Positions 1-14,500 of a stretch of DNA of 64,000 bases are shown here, one piece after another (the stretch's first letter is position 1; each line of letters starts with the position of its first letter). The notes beneath the pieces were generated by a model. The model was given only the letters and a program-made list of their open reading frames with translations. It ran no database searches and was not told the DNA's origin. Both the position numbers and the translations under genes were made by a program. The stretch covers positions 137,640,001-137,704,000 of the forward strand of contig OZ024740.1 of the NCBI GenBank assembly GCA_964016885.1. The letters run 5' to 3'. The stretch comes from Eledone cirrhosa (taxonomy: Eukaryota).

Positions 1-126
1 TCTCTTTCTCTTATCACTTTTCTCTCAATCTCCAATTCTCTCTTTCTCTTATAACTTTTCCCCCAATCTCCAATTCTCTCTTTCTCTTATCACTTTTCTC
101 TCACTCTCCAATTCTCTCTTTTTCTT

Positions 127-810
127 ATGACTTTTCCGCCCATCTCCAATTCTCTCTTTCTCTTATCAATTTTCTCTCAATCTCCAATTCTTTCTTTCTC
201 TAATCACTTTTCCCCCAATCTCCAATTCTCTCTTTCTCTTATCACTTTTCTCTCAATCTCCAATTCTCCTTTTCACTTATCACTTTTTTCTCAATCTCCA
301 ATTCTCTCTTTCTCTTATCACTTTTCTCTCAATCTCCAATTCTCTCTTTCTCTTATCACTTTTCCCCCAATCTCCAATTCTCTCTTTCTCTCATCACTTT
401 TCTCTCAATCTCCAATTCTCTCTTTCTCTTATCACTTTTCTCTCAATCTCCAATTCTCTCTTTCTCTTATGACTTTTCCCCCAATCTCCAATTCTCTCTT
501 TCTCTTATCAATTTTCTCTCAATCTCCAATTCTTTCTTTCTCTAATCACTTTTCCCCCAATCTCCAATTCTCTCTTTCTCTTATCACTTTTCTCTCAATC
601 TCCAATTCTCCTTTTCACTTATCACTTTTTTCTCAATCTCCAATTCTCTCTTTCTCTTATCACTTTTCTCTCAATCTCCAATTCTCTCTTTCTCTTATCA
701 CTTTTCCCCCAATCTCCAATTCTCTCTTTCTCTCATCACTTTTCTCTCAATCTCCAATTCTCTCTTTCTCTTATCACTTTTCTCTCAATCTCCAATTCTC
801 TCTTTCTCTT
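127..810 (+). repeat. Tandem duplication of a 9-monomer block (342 bp x2)
   Basis: The variant series ttatgac / atcaatt / ctaatcac / ccttttcac starts at 127 and again at 469 (offset 342 = 9x38). The ORF 127..939 translation shows the same duplication. Confidence 0.88.
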
Positions 811-3800
811 ATCACTTTTTCCCCAATCTCCAATTCTCTCTTTCTCTTCTCACATTTCCCCCAATCTGCAATTCTCTCTTTCTCTCATCACTTTTCTCTC
901 AATCTCCAATTCTCTCTTTCTCTCCTCACTTTTCTCTAAATCTCCAATTCTCTCTTTATCGTCTCACTTTTCTCTCAATCTCCAATCCTCTCTTTCTGTT
1001 CTCAGTTTACTCCCAATCTCCAATTCTCTCTTTCTCTTATCACTTTTCTCTCACTCTCCAATTCTCTATTTCTCTTATCACGTTTCCCCCAATCCCCAAT
1101 TCTCTCTTTCTATTATCAATTTTCTCTCAATCTCCAATTCTTTCTTTCTCTAACACTTTTCCCCCAATCTCCAATTCTCTCTCTTTCTCTTATCACTTTT
1201 CTCTCAATCTCCAATTCTCTCTTTATCTTCTCACTTTTCTCTCAATCTCCAATCCTCTCTTTCTGTTCTCAGTTTACCCCCAATCTCCAATTCTCTCTTT
1301 CTCTCATCACTTTTCTCTCAATCTCCAATTCTCTCTTTCTCTTATCACTTTACTCTCACTCTCCAATTCGCTCTTTCTCTTATGACTTTTCCCCCAATCT
1401 CCAATTCTCTCTTTCTCTTATCCCTTTTCTCTCAATCTCCAATTCTCTCTTTCTTTTCTCGCTTTTCCCCCAACCTCCAATTCTCTCTTTCTCTCATCAC
1501 TTTTCTCTCAATCTCCAATTCTCTCTTTCTCTTATCACTTTACTCTCACTCTCCAATTCGCTCTTTCTCTTATGACTTTTCCCCCAATCTCCAATTCTCT
1601 CTTTCTCTTATCCCTTTTCTCTCAATCTCCAATTCTCTCTTTCTTTTCTCACTTTTCCCCCAATCTCCAATTCTCTATTTCTCTACACACAAATCCCCTA
1701 ATCTCCAATTCTCTCTTTCACTTATGAATTTTCTCTCAAACTCCAATTCTCTCTTTCTCTTTTCACTTTTCTCTCAATCTCCAATTCTCTTAATCTCTTA
1801 TCACTTTTCTCTCAATCTCCAATTCCCTCTTTCTCTTATCACTTTTCTCTCACTCTCCAATTGTCTCTTTTTCTTATGACTTTTCCCCCAATCTCCAATT
1901 CTCTCTTTCTCTTATCAATTTTCTCTCAATCTCCAATTCTTTCTTTCTCTAATCACTTTTCCCCCAATCTCCAATTCTCTCTTTCTCTTATCACTTTTCT
2001 CTCAATCTCCAATTCTCCTTTTCACTTATCACTTTTTTCTCAATCTCCAATTCTCTCTTTCTCTTATCACTTTTCCCCCAATCTCCAATTCTCTCTTTCT
2101 CTCATCACTTTTCTCTCAATCTCCAATTCTCTCTTTCTCTTATCACTTTTCTCTCAATCTCCAATTCTCTCTTTCTCTTATCACTTTTTCCCCAATCTCC
2201 AATTCTCTCTTTCTCTTCTCACATTTCCCCCAATCTCCAATTCTCTCTTTCCCTCATCACTTTTCTCTCAATCTCCAATTCTCTCTTTCTCTTATCACTT
2301 TTCCCCCAATCTCCAATTCTCTCTTTCTGTTATCAATTTTCTCTCAATCTCCAATTCTTTCTTTCTCTTATCACTTTTCTCTCAATCTCCAATTCTCTCT
2401 TTCACTTATCACTTTTCCCCCAATCTCCAATTCTCTCTTTCTATTATCACTTTTCTCTCAATCTCCAATTCTCTCTTTCTGTCATCACTTTTCTCTCCAT
2501 CTCCAAGTCTCTCTTTCTCTTATCACTTTTCTCTCAATCTCCAAATCTCTCTTTCTCTTCTCACTTTTCTCCCAATCTCCAATTCTCTCTTTCTCTTCTC
2601 ACTTTTACCCCAATCTCCAATTCTCTCTTTCTCTCATCACTTTTCTCTCAATCTCCAATTCTCTCTTTCTCTTATCACTTTTCTCTCAATCTCCAATTCT
2701 CTCTTTCTCTTATCACTTTTCCCCCATCTCCAATTCTCTCTTTCTCTTATCACTTTTCTCTCAATCTCCAATTCTCTCTTTCCCTTATCACTTTTCTCTC
2801 AATCTCCAATTCTCTCTTTCTCAAATAACTTTTCTCTCAATCTCCTATTCTCTCTTTCTCTTATCACTTTTGCCTCAATCTCCAATTCCCTCTTTCTCTT
2901 ATCACTTTTCTCTCAATCTCTAATTATCTCTTTCTCTTGTCACTTTTCTCTCAATCTCCAATTCTCTCTTTCTCTTATCACTTTTCTCTCAATCTCCAAT
3001 TCTCTCTTTCTTTTCTCGCTTTTCCCCCAACCTCCAATTCTCTCTTTCTCTTAACACTTTTCCCCCAATCTCCAATTCTCTCTTTCTCTTATCACTTTTC
3101 CCCCAATCTCTAATTCTCTCTTTCTCTTATCCCTTTTCTCTCAATCTCCAATTCTCTCAATCTCCAATTCTCTCAATCTCTTATCAATTTTCTCTCAATC
3201 TCCAATTCCCTCTTTCTTTTATAATTTTCTCTCAATCTCTAATTCTCTCTTTCTCTCATCACTTTTCCCCCAATCTCCAATTCTCTCTTTCTCTTATCAC
3301 TTTTCTCTCAATCTCCAATTCTCTCTTTCTCTTATCACTTTTCCCCCAATCTCCAATTCTCTCTTTCTCTTATCACTTTTCTCTCACTCTCCAATTCTCT
3401 ATTTCTCTTATGACGTTTCCCCCAATCCCCAATTCTCTCTTTCTATTATCAATTTTCTCTCAATCTCCAATTCTTTCTTTCTCTAATCACTTTTCCCCCA
3501 ATCTCCAATTCTCTCTCTTTCTCTTATCACTTTTCTCTCAATCTCCAATTCTCTCTTTATCTTCTCACTTTTCTCTCAATCTCCAATCCTCTCTTTCTGT
3601 TCTCAGTTTACCCCCAATCTCCAATTCTCTCTTTTTCTTATCACTTTTCTCTCAATCTCCAATTCTCTCTTTCACTTATCACTTTTCCCCCAATCTCCAA
3701 TTCTCTCTTTCTATTATCACTTTTCTCTCAATCTCCAATTCTCTCTTTCTGTCATCACTTTTCTCTCCATCTCCAAGTCTCTCTTTCTCTTATCACTTTT

Positions 3801-6529
3801 CTCTCAATCTCCAATTCTCTCTTTCTCTTATCACTTTTCCCCCAATCTCCAATTCTCTCTTTCTCTTATCACTTTTCTCTCAATCTCCAATTCTCTCTTT
3901 CTCTTATCACTTTTCTCTCAATCTCCAATTCTCTCTTTCTCTTATCACTTTTTCCCCAATCTCCAATTCTCTCTTTCTCTTCTCACATTTCCCCCAATCT
4001 CCAATTCTCTCTTTCTCTCATCACTTTTCTCTCAATCTCCAATTCTCTCTTTCTCTCCTCACTTTTCTCTGAATCTCCAATTCTCACTTTATCTTCTCAC
4101 TTTTCTCTCAATCTCCAATCCTCTCTTTCTGTTCTCAGTTTACTCCCAATCTCCAATTCTCTCTTTCTCTTATCACTTTTCTCTCAAACTCCAATTCTCT
4201 CTTTCTCTTATCACTTTTCCCCCAATCTCCAATTCTCTCTTTCTATTATCACTTTTCTCTCAATCTCCAATTCTCTCTTTCTCTTATCACCTTTCCCCCA
4301 ATCTCCAATTCTCTCTTTCTCTTATCACTTTTCTCTCAATCTCCAATTCTCTCTTTCTCTTATCACTTTTCCCCCAATCTCCAATTCTCTCTTTCTGTTA
4401 TCAATTTTCTCTCAATCTCCAATTCTTTCTTTCTCTTATCACTTTTCTCTCAATCTCCAATTCTCTCTTTCACTTATCACTTTTCCCCCAATCTCCAATT
4501 CTCTCTTTCTATTATCACTTTTCTCTCAATCTCCAATTCTCTCTTTCTATCATCACTTTTCTCTCCATCTCCAAGTCTCTCTTTCTCTTATCACTTTTCT
4601 CTCAATCTCCAAATCTCTCTTTCTCTTCTCACTTTTCTCCCAATCTCCAATTCTCTCTTTCTCTTCTCACTTTTACCCCAATCTCCAATTCTCTCTTTCT
4701 CTCATCACTTTTCTCTCAATCTCCAATTCTCTCTTTCTCTTATCACTTTTCTCTCAATCTCCAATTCTCTCTTTCTCTTATCACTTTTCCCCCATCTCCA
4801 ATTCTCTCTTTCTCTTATCACTTTTCTCTCAATCTCCAATTCTCTCTTTCCCTTATCACTTTTCTCTCAATCTCCAATTCTCTCTTTCTCAAATAACTTT
4901 TCTCTCAATCTCCTATTCTCTCTTTCTCTTATCACTTTTCTCTCAATCTCCAATTCCCTCTTTCTCTTATCACTTTTCTCTCAATCTCTAGTTATCTCTT
5001 TCTCTTGTCACTTTTCTCTCAATCTCCAATTCTCTCTTTCTCTTATCACTTTTCTCTCAATCTCCAATTCTCTCTTTCTCTTATCACTTTTCCCCCCAAT
5101 CTCCAATTCTCTCTTTCTCTTATCACTTTTCTCTCACTCTCCAATTCTCTCTTTCTCTTATGACTTTTCCCCCAATCTCCAATTCTCTCTTTCTCTTATC
5201 CCTTTTCTCTCAATCTCCAATTCTCTCTTTCTTTTCTTGCTTTTCCCCCAACCTCCAATTCTCTCTTTCTCTTCACACTTTTCCCCCAATCTCCAATTCT
5301 CTCTTTCTCTTATCACTTTTCCCCCAATCTCTAATTCTCTCTTTCTCTTATCCCTTTTCTCTCAATCTCCAATTCTCTCAATCTCTTATCAATTTTCTCT
5401 CAATCTCCAATTCCCTCTTTCTTTTATAATTTTCTCTCAATCTCTAATTCTCTCTTTCTCTCATCACTTTTCCCCCAATCTCCAATTCTCTCTTTCTCTT
5501 ATCACTTTTCTCTCAATCTCCAATTCTCTCTTTCTCTTATCACTTTTCCCCCAATCTCCAATTCTCTCTTTCTCTTATCACTTTTCTCTCACTCTCCAAT
5601 TCTCTATTTCTCTTATGACGTTTCCCCCAATTCCCAATTCTCTCTTTCTATTATCAATTTTCTCTCAATCTCCAATTCTTTCTTTCTCTAATCACTTTTC
5701 CCCCAATCTCCAATTCTCTCTCTTTCTCTTATCACTTTTCTCTCAATCTCCAATTCTCTCTTTATCTTCTCACTTTTCTCTGAATCTCCAATCCTCTCTT
5801 TCTGTTCTCAGTTTACCCCCAATCTCCAATTCTCTCTTTCTCTTATCACTTTTCTTTTAATCTCCAATTCTCTCTTTCTCTTATCACTTTTCTCTCAATC
5901 TTCAATTCCCTCTTTCTCTTATCACTTTTCTCTCAATCTCCAATTCTCTCTTTCTCTTATCACTTTTCTCTCAATCTCCAATTCTCTCTTTCTCTTATCA
6001 CTTTTCCCCCAATCTCCAATTCTCTCTTTCTCTTATCACTTTTCTCTCACACTCCAATTCTCTATTTCTCTTATCACTTTTCCCCCAATCTCCAATTCGC
6101 TCTTTCTCTTATCAATTTTCTTTCAATCTCCAATTCTTTCTTTCTCTAATCACTTTTCCCCCAATCTCCAATTCTCTCTTTCTCTTATCACATTTCCCCC
6201 AATCTCCAATTCTCTCTTTCTCTCATCACTTTTCTCTCAATCTCCAATTCTCTCTTTCTCTCCTCACTTTTCTCTGAATCTCCAATTCTCTCTTTATCTT
6301 CTCACTTTTCTCTCAATCTCCAATCCTCTCTTTCTGTTCTCAGTTTACTCCCAATCTCCAATTCTCTCTTTCTCTTATCACCTTTCTCTCAATCTCCAAT
6401 TCTCTCTTTCTCTTATCACTTTTCCCCCAATCTCCAATTCTCTCTTTCTATTATCACTTTTCTCTCAATCTCCAATTCTCTCTTTCTCTTATCACTTTTC
6501 TCTCAATCTCCAATTCTCTCTTTCTCTTA

Positions 6530-8580
6530 TCACTTTTCTCTCAATCTCCAATTCTCTCTTTCTCTTATCACTTTTCTCTCAATCTCCAATTCCCTCTTTC
6601 TCTTATCACTTTTCTCTCAATCTCCAATTCTTTCTTTCTCTAATCACTTTTCCCCCAATCTCCAATTCTCTCTTTCTCTTGTCACTTTTCTCTCAATCTC
6701 CAATTCTCTTTTCTCCTATCACTTTTCCCCCAATCTCCAATTCTCTCTTTCTCTTATCACTTTTCTCTCACTCTCCAATTCTCTCTTTCTTTTATCACTT
6801 TTCCCCCAATCTCCAATTCTCTCTTTCTCTTATCAATTTTCTCTCAATCTCCAATTCTCTTTTCTCTTATCACTTTTCCCCCAATCTCCAATTCTCTCTT
6901 TCTCTTATCACTTTTCTCTCACTCTCCAATTCTCTCTTTCTTTTATCACTTTTCCCCCAATCTCCAATTCTCTCTTTCTCTTATCAATTTTCTCTAAATC
7001 TCCAATTCTTTCTTTCTCTAATCACTTTTCCCCCAATCTCCAGTTCTCTCTTTCTCTTATCACTTTTCTCTCAATCTCCAAATCTATCTTTCTCTTATCA
7101 CTTTTCTCTCAATCTCCAATTCTCTTTTCTCTTATCACATTTCCCCCAATCTCCAATTCTCTCTTTCTCTTATCACTTTTCTCTCACTCTCCAATTCTCT
7201 CTTTCTTTTATCACTTTTCCCCCAATCTCCAATTCTCACTTTCTCTTATCACTTTTCTCTCAATCTCCAATTCTCCTTTTCACTTATCACTTTTTTCTCA
7301 ATCTCCAATTCTCTCTTTCTCTTATCACTTTTCTCTAAATCTCCAATTCTCTCTTTCTCTTATCACTTTTCCCCCAATCTCCAATTCTCTCTTTCTCCTA
7401 TCACTTCTCTCTCAATCTCCAATTCTCTCTTTCTCTTATCACTTTTCTCTCAATCTCCAATTCTCTCTTTCTCTTCTCACATTTCCCCCAATCTCCAATT
7501 CTCTCTTTCTCTCATCACTTTTCTCTCAATCTCCAATTCTCTCTTTCTCTTATCACTTTTCTCTCAATCTCCAATTCTCTCTTTCTCTTATCACTTTTCT
7601 CTCAATCTCCAATTCCCTCTTTCTCTTATCACTTTTCTCTCAATCTCCAATTCTTTCTTTCTCTAATCACTTTTCCCCCAATCGCCAATTCTCTCTTTCT
7701 CTTGTCACTTTTCTCTCAATCTCCAATTCTCTTTTCTCCTATCACTTTTCCCCCAATCTCCAATTCTCTCTTTCTCTTATCACTTTTCTCTCACTCTCCA
7801 ATTCTCTCTTTCTTTTATCACTTTTCCCCCGATCTCCAATTCTCTCTTTCTCTTATCAATTTTCTCTCAATCTCCAATTCTCTTTTCTCTTATCACTTTT
7901 CCCCCAATCTCCAATTCTCTCTTTCTCTTATCACTTTTCTCTCACTCTCCAATTCTCTCTTTCTTTTATCACTTTTCCCCCAATCTCCAATTCTCTCTTT
8001 CTCTTATCAATTTTCTCTAAATCTCCAATTCTTTCTTTCTCTAATCACTTTTCCCCCAATCTCCAGTTCTCTCTTTCTCTTATCACTTTTCTCTCAATCT
8101 CCAAATCTATCTTTCTCTTATCACTTTTCTCTCAATCTCCAATTCTCTTTTCTCTTATCACATTTCCCCCAATCTCCAATTCTCTCTTTCTCTTATCACT
8201 TTTCTCTCACTCTCCAATTCTCTCTTTCTTTTATCACTTTTCCCCCAATCTCCAATTCTCACTTTCTCTTATCACTTTTCTCTCAATCTCCAATTCTCCT
8301 TTTCACTTATCACTTTTTTCTCAATCTCCAATTCTCTCTTTCTCTTATCACTTTTCTCTAAATCTCCAATTCTCTCTTTCTCTTATCACTTTTCCCCCAA
8401 TCTCCAATTCTCTCTTTCTCCTATCACTTCTCTCTCAATCTCCAATTCTCTCTTTCTCTTATCACTTTTCTCTCAATCTCCAATTCTCTCTTTCTCTTCT
8501 CACATTTCCCCCAATCTCCAATTCTCTCTTTCTCTCATCACTTTTCTCTCAATCTCCAATTCTCTCTTTCTCTTATCACT
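6530..8580 (+). repeat. Tandem duplication of a ~27-monomer block (1,023 bp x2)
   Basis: ORFs 6679..7338 and 7702..8361 are near-identical (offset 1,023). The rare variants ctccagttc, aaatctatc and aattctcactttc occur in both copies. Boundaries are approximate. Confidence 0.9.
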
Positions 8581-11500
8581 TTTCCCCCAATCTCCAATTC
8601 TCTCTTTCTATTATCACTTTTCTCTCAATCTCCAATTCTCTCTTTCTCTTATCACCTTTTCCCCAATCTCCAATTCTCTCTTTCTCTTATCACTTTTCTC
8701 TCAATCTCCAATTCTCTCTTTCTCTTATGACTTTTCCCCCAATCTCCAATTCTCTCTTTCTGTTATCAATTTTCTCTCAATCTCCAATTCTTTCTTTCTC
8801 TTATCACTTTTCTCTCAATCTCCAATTCTCTCTTTCTCTTATCACTTTTCCCCCATCTCCAATTCTCTCTTTCTTTTATCACTTTTCTCTCAATCTCCAA
8901 TTCTCTCTTTCTCTTATCACTTTTCTCTCAATCTCCAATTCTCTCTTTCTCTTATCACTTTTCTCTCAATCTCCAATTCTCTCTTTCTCTTCTCACTTTT
9001 CCCCCAATCTCCAATTCTCTCTTTCTCTTATCACTTTTCCCCCAATCTCCAATTCTCTCTTTCTCTTATCACTTTAACTCACTCTCCAATTCTCTCTTTC
9101 TCTTATCACTTTTCCCCAATCTCCAATTCTCTCTTTCTCTTATCACTTTTCTCTCAATCTCCAATTCTCTCTTTCTCTTATCACTTTTCTCTCAATCTCC
9201 AATTCTCTCTTTCTCTTATCACTTTTCTCTCAATCTCCAATTCCCTCTTTCTCTTATCACTTTTCTCTCAATCTCTAATTCTCTCTTTCTCTTATCACTT
9301 TTCTCTCAATCTCCAATTCTCTTTTCTCTTATCACTTTCCCCAATCTCCAATTCTCTCTTTCTCTTATCACTTTTCTCTCAATCTCCAATTCCCTCTTTC
9401 TCTTATCACTTTTCCCCCAATCTCCAATTCTCTCTTTCTCTTATCAATTTTCTCTCAATCTCCAATTCTTTCTTTCTCTAATCACTTTTCCCCCAATCTC
9501 CAATTCTCTCTTTCTCTTATCACTTTTCTCTCAATCTCCAATTCTCCTTTTCACTTATCACTTTTTTCTCAATCTCCAATTCTCTCTTTCTCTTATCACT
9601 TTTCTCTCAATCTCCAATTCTCTCTTTCTCTTATCACTTTTCCCCCAATCTCCAATTCTCTCTTTCTCTTATCACTTTTCTCTCAATCTCCAATTCTCTC
9701 TTTCTCTTATCACTTTTCTCTCAATCTCCAATTCTCTCTTTCTCTTATCACTTTTCTCTCAATCTCCAATTCTCCTTTTCACTTATCACTTTTTTCTCAA
9801 TCTCCAATTCTCTCTTACTCTTATCAGTTTTCTCTCAATCTCCAATTCTCTCTTTCTCTTATCACTTTTCTCTCAATCTCCAAATCTCTCTTTCTCTTAT
9901 CACTTTTCTCTCAATCTCCAATTCTCTTTTCTCTTATCACTTTTCCCCCAATCTCCAATTCTCTCTTTCTCTTATCACTTTTCTCTCACTCTCCAATTCT
10001 CTCTTTCTTTTATCACTTTTCCCCCAATCTCCAATTCTCTCTTTCTCTTATCACTTTTCTCTCAATCTCCAATTCTCCTTTTCACTTATCACTTTTTTCT
10101 CAATCTCCAATTCTCTCTTTCTCTTATCACTTTTCTCTCAATCTCCAATTCTCTCTTTCTCTTATCACTTTTCCCCCAATCTCCAATTCTCTCTTTCTCC
10201 TATCACTTCTCTCTCAATCTCCAATTCTCTCTTTCTCTTATCACTTTTCTCTCAATCTCCAATTCTCTCTTTCTCTTCTCACATTTCCCCCAATCTCCAA
10301 TTCTCTCTTTCTCTCATCACTTTTCTCTCAATCTCCAATTCTCTCTTTCTCTCCTCACTTTTCTCTGAATCTCCAATTCTCTCTTTATCTCCTCACTTTT
10401 CTCTCAATCTCCAATCCTCTCTTTCTGTTCTCAGTTTACTCCCAATCTACAATTCTCTCTTTCTCTCATCACTTTTCTCTCAATCTCCAATTCTCTCTTT
10501 CTCTTATCACTTTTCCCCCAATCTCCAATTCTCTCTTTCTATTATCACTTTTCTCTCAATCTCCAATTCTCTCTTTCTCTTATCACCTTTCCCCCAATCT
10601 CCAATTCTCTCTTTCTCTTATCACTTTTCTCTCAATCTCCAATTCTCTCTTTCTCTTATGACTTTTCCTCCAATCTCCAATTCTCTCTTTCTGTTATCAA
10701 TTTTCTCTCAATCTCCAATTCTTTCTTTCTCTTATCACTTTTCTCTCAATCTCCAATTCTCTCTTTCTCTTATCACTTTTCCCCCATCTCCAATTCTCTC
10801 TTTCTTTTATCACTTTTCTCTCAATCTCCAATTCTCTCTTTCTCTTATCACTTTTCTCTCAATCTCCAATTCTCTCTTTCTCTTATCACTTTTCTCTCAA
10901 TCTCTAATTCTCTCTTTCTCTTATCACTTTTCTCTCAATCTCCAATTCTCTTTTCTCTTATCACTTTTCCCCCAATCTCCAATTCTCTCTTTCTCTCATC
11001 ACTTTTCTCTCACTCTCCAATTCTCTCTTTCTTTTATCACTTTTCCCCCAATCTCCAATTCTCTCTTTCTCTTATCAATTTTCTCTCAATCTCCAATTCT
11101 TTCTTTCTCTAATCACTTTTCCCCCAATCTCCAATTCTCTCTTTCTCTTATCACTTTTCTCTCAATCTCCAATTCTCCTTTTCACTTATCACTTTTTTCT
11201 CAATCTCCAATTCTCTCTTTCTCTTATCACTTTTCTCTCAATCTCCAATTCTCTCTTTCTCTTATCACTTTTCCCCCAATCTCCAATTCTCTCTTTCTCT
11301 TATCACTTTTCTCTCAATCTCCAATTCTCTCTTTCTCTTATCACTTTTCTCTCAATCTCCAATTCTCTCTTTCTCTTATCACTTTTCTCTCAATCTCCAA
11401 TTCTCCTTTTCACTTATCACTTTTTTCTCAATCTCCAATTCTCTCTTACTCTTATCACTTTTCTCTCAATCTCCAATTCTCTCTTTCTCTTATCACTTTT

Positions 11501-14500
11501 CTCTCAATCTCCAAATCTCTCTTTCTCTTATCACTTTTCTCTCAATCTCCAATTCTCTTTTCTCTTATCACTTTTCCCCCAATCTCCAATTCTCTCTTTC
11601 TCTTATCACTTTTCTCTCACTCTCCAATTCTCTCTTTCTTTTATCACTTTTCCCCCAATCTCCAATTCTCTCTTTCTCTTATCACTTTTCTCTCAATCTC
11701 CAATTCTCCTTTTCACTTATCACTTTTTTCTCAATCTCCAATTCTCTCTTTCTCTTATCACTTTTCTCTCAATCTCCAATTCTCTCTTTCTCTTCTCACA
11801 TTTCCCCCAATCTCCAATTCTCTCTTTCTCTCATCACTTTTCTCTCAATCTCCAATTCTCTCTTTCTCTCCTCACTTTTCTCTGAATCTCCAATTCTCTC
11901 TTTATCTTCTCACTTTTCTCTCAATCTCCAATCCTCTCTTTCTGTTCTCAGTTTACTCCCAATCTACAATTCTCTCTTTCTCTCATCACTTTTCTCTCAA
12001 TCTCCAAATCTCTCTTTCTCTTATCACTTTTCTCTCAATCTCCAATTCTCTCTTTCTTTTATCACTTTTCTCTCAATCTCCAATTCTCTCTTTCTCTTAT
12101 CACTTTTCTCTCAATCTCCAATTCTCTCTTTCTCTTATCACTTTTCCCCCAATCTCCAATTCTCTCTTTCTATTATCACTTTTCTCTCAATCTCCAATTC
12201 TCTCTTTCTCTTATCACCTTTCCCCCAATCTCCAATTCTCTCTTTCTCTTATCACTTTTCTCTCAATCTCCAATTCTCTCTTTCTCTTATGACTTTTCCC
12301 CCAATCTCCAATTCTCTCTTTCTGTTATCAATTTTCTCTCAATCTCCAATTCTTTCTTTCTCTTATCACTTTTCTCTCAATCTCCAATTCTCTCTTTCTC
12401 TTATCACTTTTCCCCCATCTCCAATTCTCTCTTTCTTTTATCACTTTTCTCTCAATCTCCAATTCTCTCTTTCTCTTATCACTTTTCTCTCAATCTCCAA
12501 TTCTCTCTTTCTCTTATCACTTTTCTCTGAATCTCCAATTCTCTCTTTCTCTTCTCACTTTTCCCCCAATCTCCAATTCTCTCTTTCTCTTATCACTTTT
12601 CCCCCAATCTCCAATTCTCTCTTTCTCTTATCACTTTAACTCACTCTCCAATTCTCTCTTTCTCTTATCACTTTTCCCCCAATCTCCAATTCTCTCTTTC
12701 TCTTATCACTTTTCTCTCAATCTCCAATTCTCTCTTTCTCTTATCACTTTTCTCTCAATCTCCAATTCTCTCTTTCTCTTATCACTTTTCTCTCAATCTC
12801 CAATTCCCTCTTTCTCTTATCACTTTTCTCTCAATTTCTAATTCTCTCTTTCTCTTATCACTTTTCTCTCAATCTCCAATTCTCTCTTTCTCTTATCACT
12901 TTTCTCTCAATCTCCAATTCTCTCTTTCTCTTATCACTTTTCCCCCAATCTCCAATTCTCTCTTTCTCTTATCACTTTTCTCTCAATCTCCAATTCTCTC
13001 TTTCTCTTCTCACATTTCCCCCAATCTCCAATTCTCTCTTTCTCTCATCACTTTTCTCTCAATCTCCAATTCTCCTTTTCACTTATCACTTTTTTCTCAA
13101 TCTCCAATTCTCTCTTTCTCTTATCACTTTTCTCTCAATCTCCAATTCTCTCTTTCTCTTGTCACTTTTCTTTCAATCTCCAATTCTCTTTTCTCTTATC
13201 ACTTTTCCCCCAATGTCCAATTCTCTCTTTCTCTTATCACTTTTCTCTCACTCTCCAATTCTCTCTTTCTTTTATCACTTTTCCCCCAATCTCCAATTCT
13301 CTCTTTCTCTTATCAATTTTCTCTCAATCTCCACTTCTTTCTTTCTCTAATCACTTTTCCCCCAATCTCCAATTCTCTCTTTCTCTTATCACTTTTCTCT
13401 CACTCTCCAATTCTCTCTTTCTTTTATCACTTTTCCCCCAATCTCCAATTCTCTCTTTCTCTTATCACTTTTCTCTCAATCTCCAATTCTCCTTTTCACT
13501 TATCACTTTTTTCTCAATCTCCAATTCTCTCTTTCTCTTATCACTTTTCTCTCAATCTCCAATTCTCTCTTTCTCTTATCACTTTTCCCCCAATCTCCAA
13601 TTCTGTCTTTCTCCTATCACTTTTCTGTCAATCTCCAGTTCTCTCTTTCTCTTATCACTTTTCTCTCAATCTCCAATTCTCTCTTTCTCTTCTCACATTT
13701 CCCCCAATCTCCAATTCTCTCTTTCTCTCATCACTTTTCTCTCAATCTCCAATTCTCTCTTTCTCTCCTCACTTTACTCTGAATCTCCAATTCTCTCTTT
13801 ATCTTCTCACTTTTCTCTCAATCTCCAATCCTCTCTTTCTGTTCTCAGTTTACTCCCAATCTACAATTCTCTCTTTCTCTCATCACTTTTCTCTCAATCT
13901 CCAATTCTCTCTTTCTCTTATCACTTTTCCCCCAATCTCCAATTCTCTCTTTCTATTATCACTGTTCTCTCAATCTCTAATTCTCTCTTTCTCTTATCAC
14001 CTTTCCCCCAATCTCCAATTCTCTCTTTCTCTTATCACTTTTCTCTCAATCTCCAATTCTCTCTTTCTCTTATGACTTTTCCCCCAATCTCCATTTCTCT
14101 CTTTCTGTTATCAATTTTCTCTCAATCTCCAATTCTTTCTTTCTCTTATCACTTTTCTCTCAATCTCCAATTCTCTCTTTCTCTTATCACTTTTCCCCCA
14201 TCTCCAATTCTCTCTTTCTTTTATCACTTTTCTCTCAATCTCCAATTCTCTCTTTCTCTTATCACTTTTCTCTCAATCTCCAATTCTCTCTTTCTCTTAT
14301 CACTTTTCTCTCAATCTCCAATTCTCTCTTTCTCTTCTTACTTTTCCCCCAATCTCCAATTCTCTCTTTCTCTCATCACTTTTCCCCCAATCTCCAATTC
14401 TCTCTTTCTCTTATCACTTTAACTCACTCTCCAATTCTCTCTTTCTCTTATCACTTTTCCCCCAATCTCCAATTCTCTCTTTCTCTTATCACTTTTCTCT

